From Perkinsela sp. CCAP 1560/9 (Eukaryota > Protista > Euglenozoa: Kinetoplastea), in the NCBI GenBank assembly GCA_965644495.1, contig CBFFSA010000013.1:186001-250000 (forward strand): 64,000 nt of DNA, written 5' to 3'. Below, piece after piece: positions 62,837 through 64,000 of this stretch (positions are counted from its first letter, which is position 1; each line of letters starts with the position of its first letter). The notes under the pieces were generated by a model. The model worked only from the letters and a program-made list of their open reading frames with translations. It ran no database searches and had not been told where the DNA came from. Made by a program: the position numbers and the translations under genes.

Positions 62837-63031
62837 ATAGTGTTGATGATATTGTATACTGCAATAAGGACTACTCTATACTTTTTGTATTGTTCTGCAA
62901 CGATTAAATGTTTGACTAGTATAACTACTCACACGTAAAGAGCTAAAACGGTATAAAATACCTACCTCTCGTTCCATAAAAAAAATCAGGGTTCGACCTA
63001 CAGTAACAGTAGGGCCAGCTGGCCAAAAATT

Positions 63032-64000
63032 TCATTCACTTGGTAATACAGGATCAATTCGCCTCGGACGATTAATGTGTCCCAATGCCCGGACGGCGCT
63101 TTGAGCTTGTTTATGTGCTATTCGACTAGCCGGCTCGTGGATGCGGCTTTGTCGACCGTCTGACCTGACGTATGATTCTGACGGAAGACTTTCAAAATTT
63201 TTCTGCAACAGCTGATCATGACAAGTTACGGATTTGATGTCTCTCGCATCCAGCAGCTGGCGCAGTAGTTCAAGATCACTTGCGTTGCTTTTATGATTGT
63301 CAGCTGCGAGAGGTGTGACATCACGGACAGATACTATGCCGCCTCTTTGAGAAGAAATATTATGTAATTCGTCGTTGCCCTTTAGTGATTCGCTACACGA
63401 ATCAATTGTATCGCATCGTGATGTCTCCTCTGCATGAGACATCTTAAAGTTTTCAAAATTTTGCGATCCAAAACGTCCTTTGCGCAAAATATCCAGAGTT
63501 TCATCATAATCTGAGCCCAACGTAAAGTAATCAGAAAGCTGCTGTCGGTGAATGCCAGTGGTATGAGATTGAACACCAACGTCGGACAAATTGGAGCTCG
63601 CCTTATTAACACGTGTCGATTTCAATACCGTTTCAGTTGAACAGAGTTTCATAATTTGTCGCTCGTAAACTTTTTCTTCAATGGTTCCCGCCGCCAGAAG
63701 ACGATATATTTCCACATCCTTTTTCTGACCGAGACGCCATACTCTTTCACGTGCCTGAATATCAATGTGAGGATTCCAATCAGGATCTATGATGACCACT
63801 CGACTGCATCCAGTAAAATTAATACCAAGGCCCCCAACACGAGTTGTTAGGAGACCAATTGTGATACTGGGATCATTATTAAGAGAATCGATCAGTGTAC
63901 CACGATGTGCAATCGGAGTAAGTCCATCCATACGTATGTAGTCGTACCCCTCATACCGGATGCATTGCTCGATTATGTCAAGCATCATACGTGTTTGAGT
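63032..64000 (-). CDS. SNF2-family helicase, CSB/Rad26/ERCC6-like (C-terminal part; 5' end outside the window)
   Basis: [53 protein letters not shown]. Confidence 0.9.
   Translation of the reverse strand, partial: TQTRMMLDIIEQCIRYEGYDYIRMDGLTPIAHRGTLIDSLNNDPSITIGLLTTRVGGLGINFTGCSRVVIIDPDWNPHIDIQARERVWRLGQKKDVEIYRLLAAGTIEEKVYERQIMKLCSTETVLKSTRVNKASSNLSDVGVQSHTTGIHRQQLSDYFTLGSDYDETLDILRKGRFGSQNFENFKMSHAEETSRCDTIDSCSESLKGNDELHNISSQRGGIVSVRDVTPLAADNHKSNASDLELLRQLLDARDIKSVTCHDQLLQKNFESLPSESYVRSDGRQSRIHEPASRIAHKQAQSAVRALGHINRPRRIDPVLPSE

Overview
Eukaryotic, intron-free DNA from a kinetoplastid flagellate. About 25 host genes all lie on the - strand, as in a polycistronic directional gene cluster. 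Kinetoplastid markers are the F1-ATPase p18 subunit, tandem GP63/leishmanolysin genes, a degenerate spliced-leader (SL) exon and a VIPER/TATE-type retroelement relic. Three dispersed short LRR paralogues suggest, by inference only, an early-branching Perkinsela/Ichthyobodo-like lineage. Housekeeping genes: UNC-50, SKP1, a family-A DNA polymerase, RPS2, ALG2, V-ATPase d, a PH-AGC kinase, RRP41-like, SmD2, a J-like protein, an ATP-grasp ligase, lipoyl synthase, calreticulin, HIT and a partial CSB-like SNF2. Between them are transposon-dense blocks (about 3-10.5, 18.7-20.2, 29.7-31.5, 40-45.6 and 50-51.9 kb) with Tc1 (DD34E), hAT, Merlin, pogo-like MITE, VIPER and LINE-like remains. Most notable: (1) an intact stand-alone VIPER/DIRS-type RNase H gene with a mitochondrial-presequence-like N-terminus, a candidate domesticated kinetoplast enzyme; (2) a train of TA-bounded elements joined by TAGA linkers, two of them exactly 126 bp; (3) a perfect 24-bp hairpin that would bury the Tc1 transposase start codon; (4) an SL-headed retrocopy; (5) recurrent GC-rich islands that always switch from C-rich to G-rich; (6) an unexplained structured-RNA-like island; (7) a zinc-less GP63 pseudoprotease and a tandem orphan secreted-protein family. 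All calls were made by eye; no searches were run.
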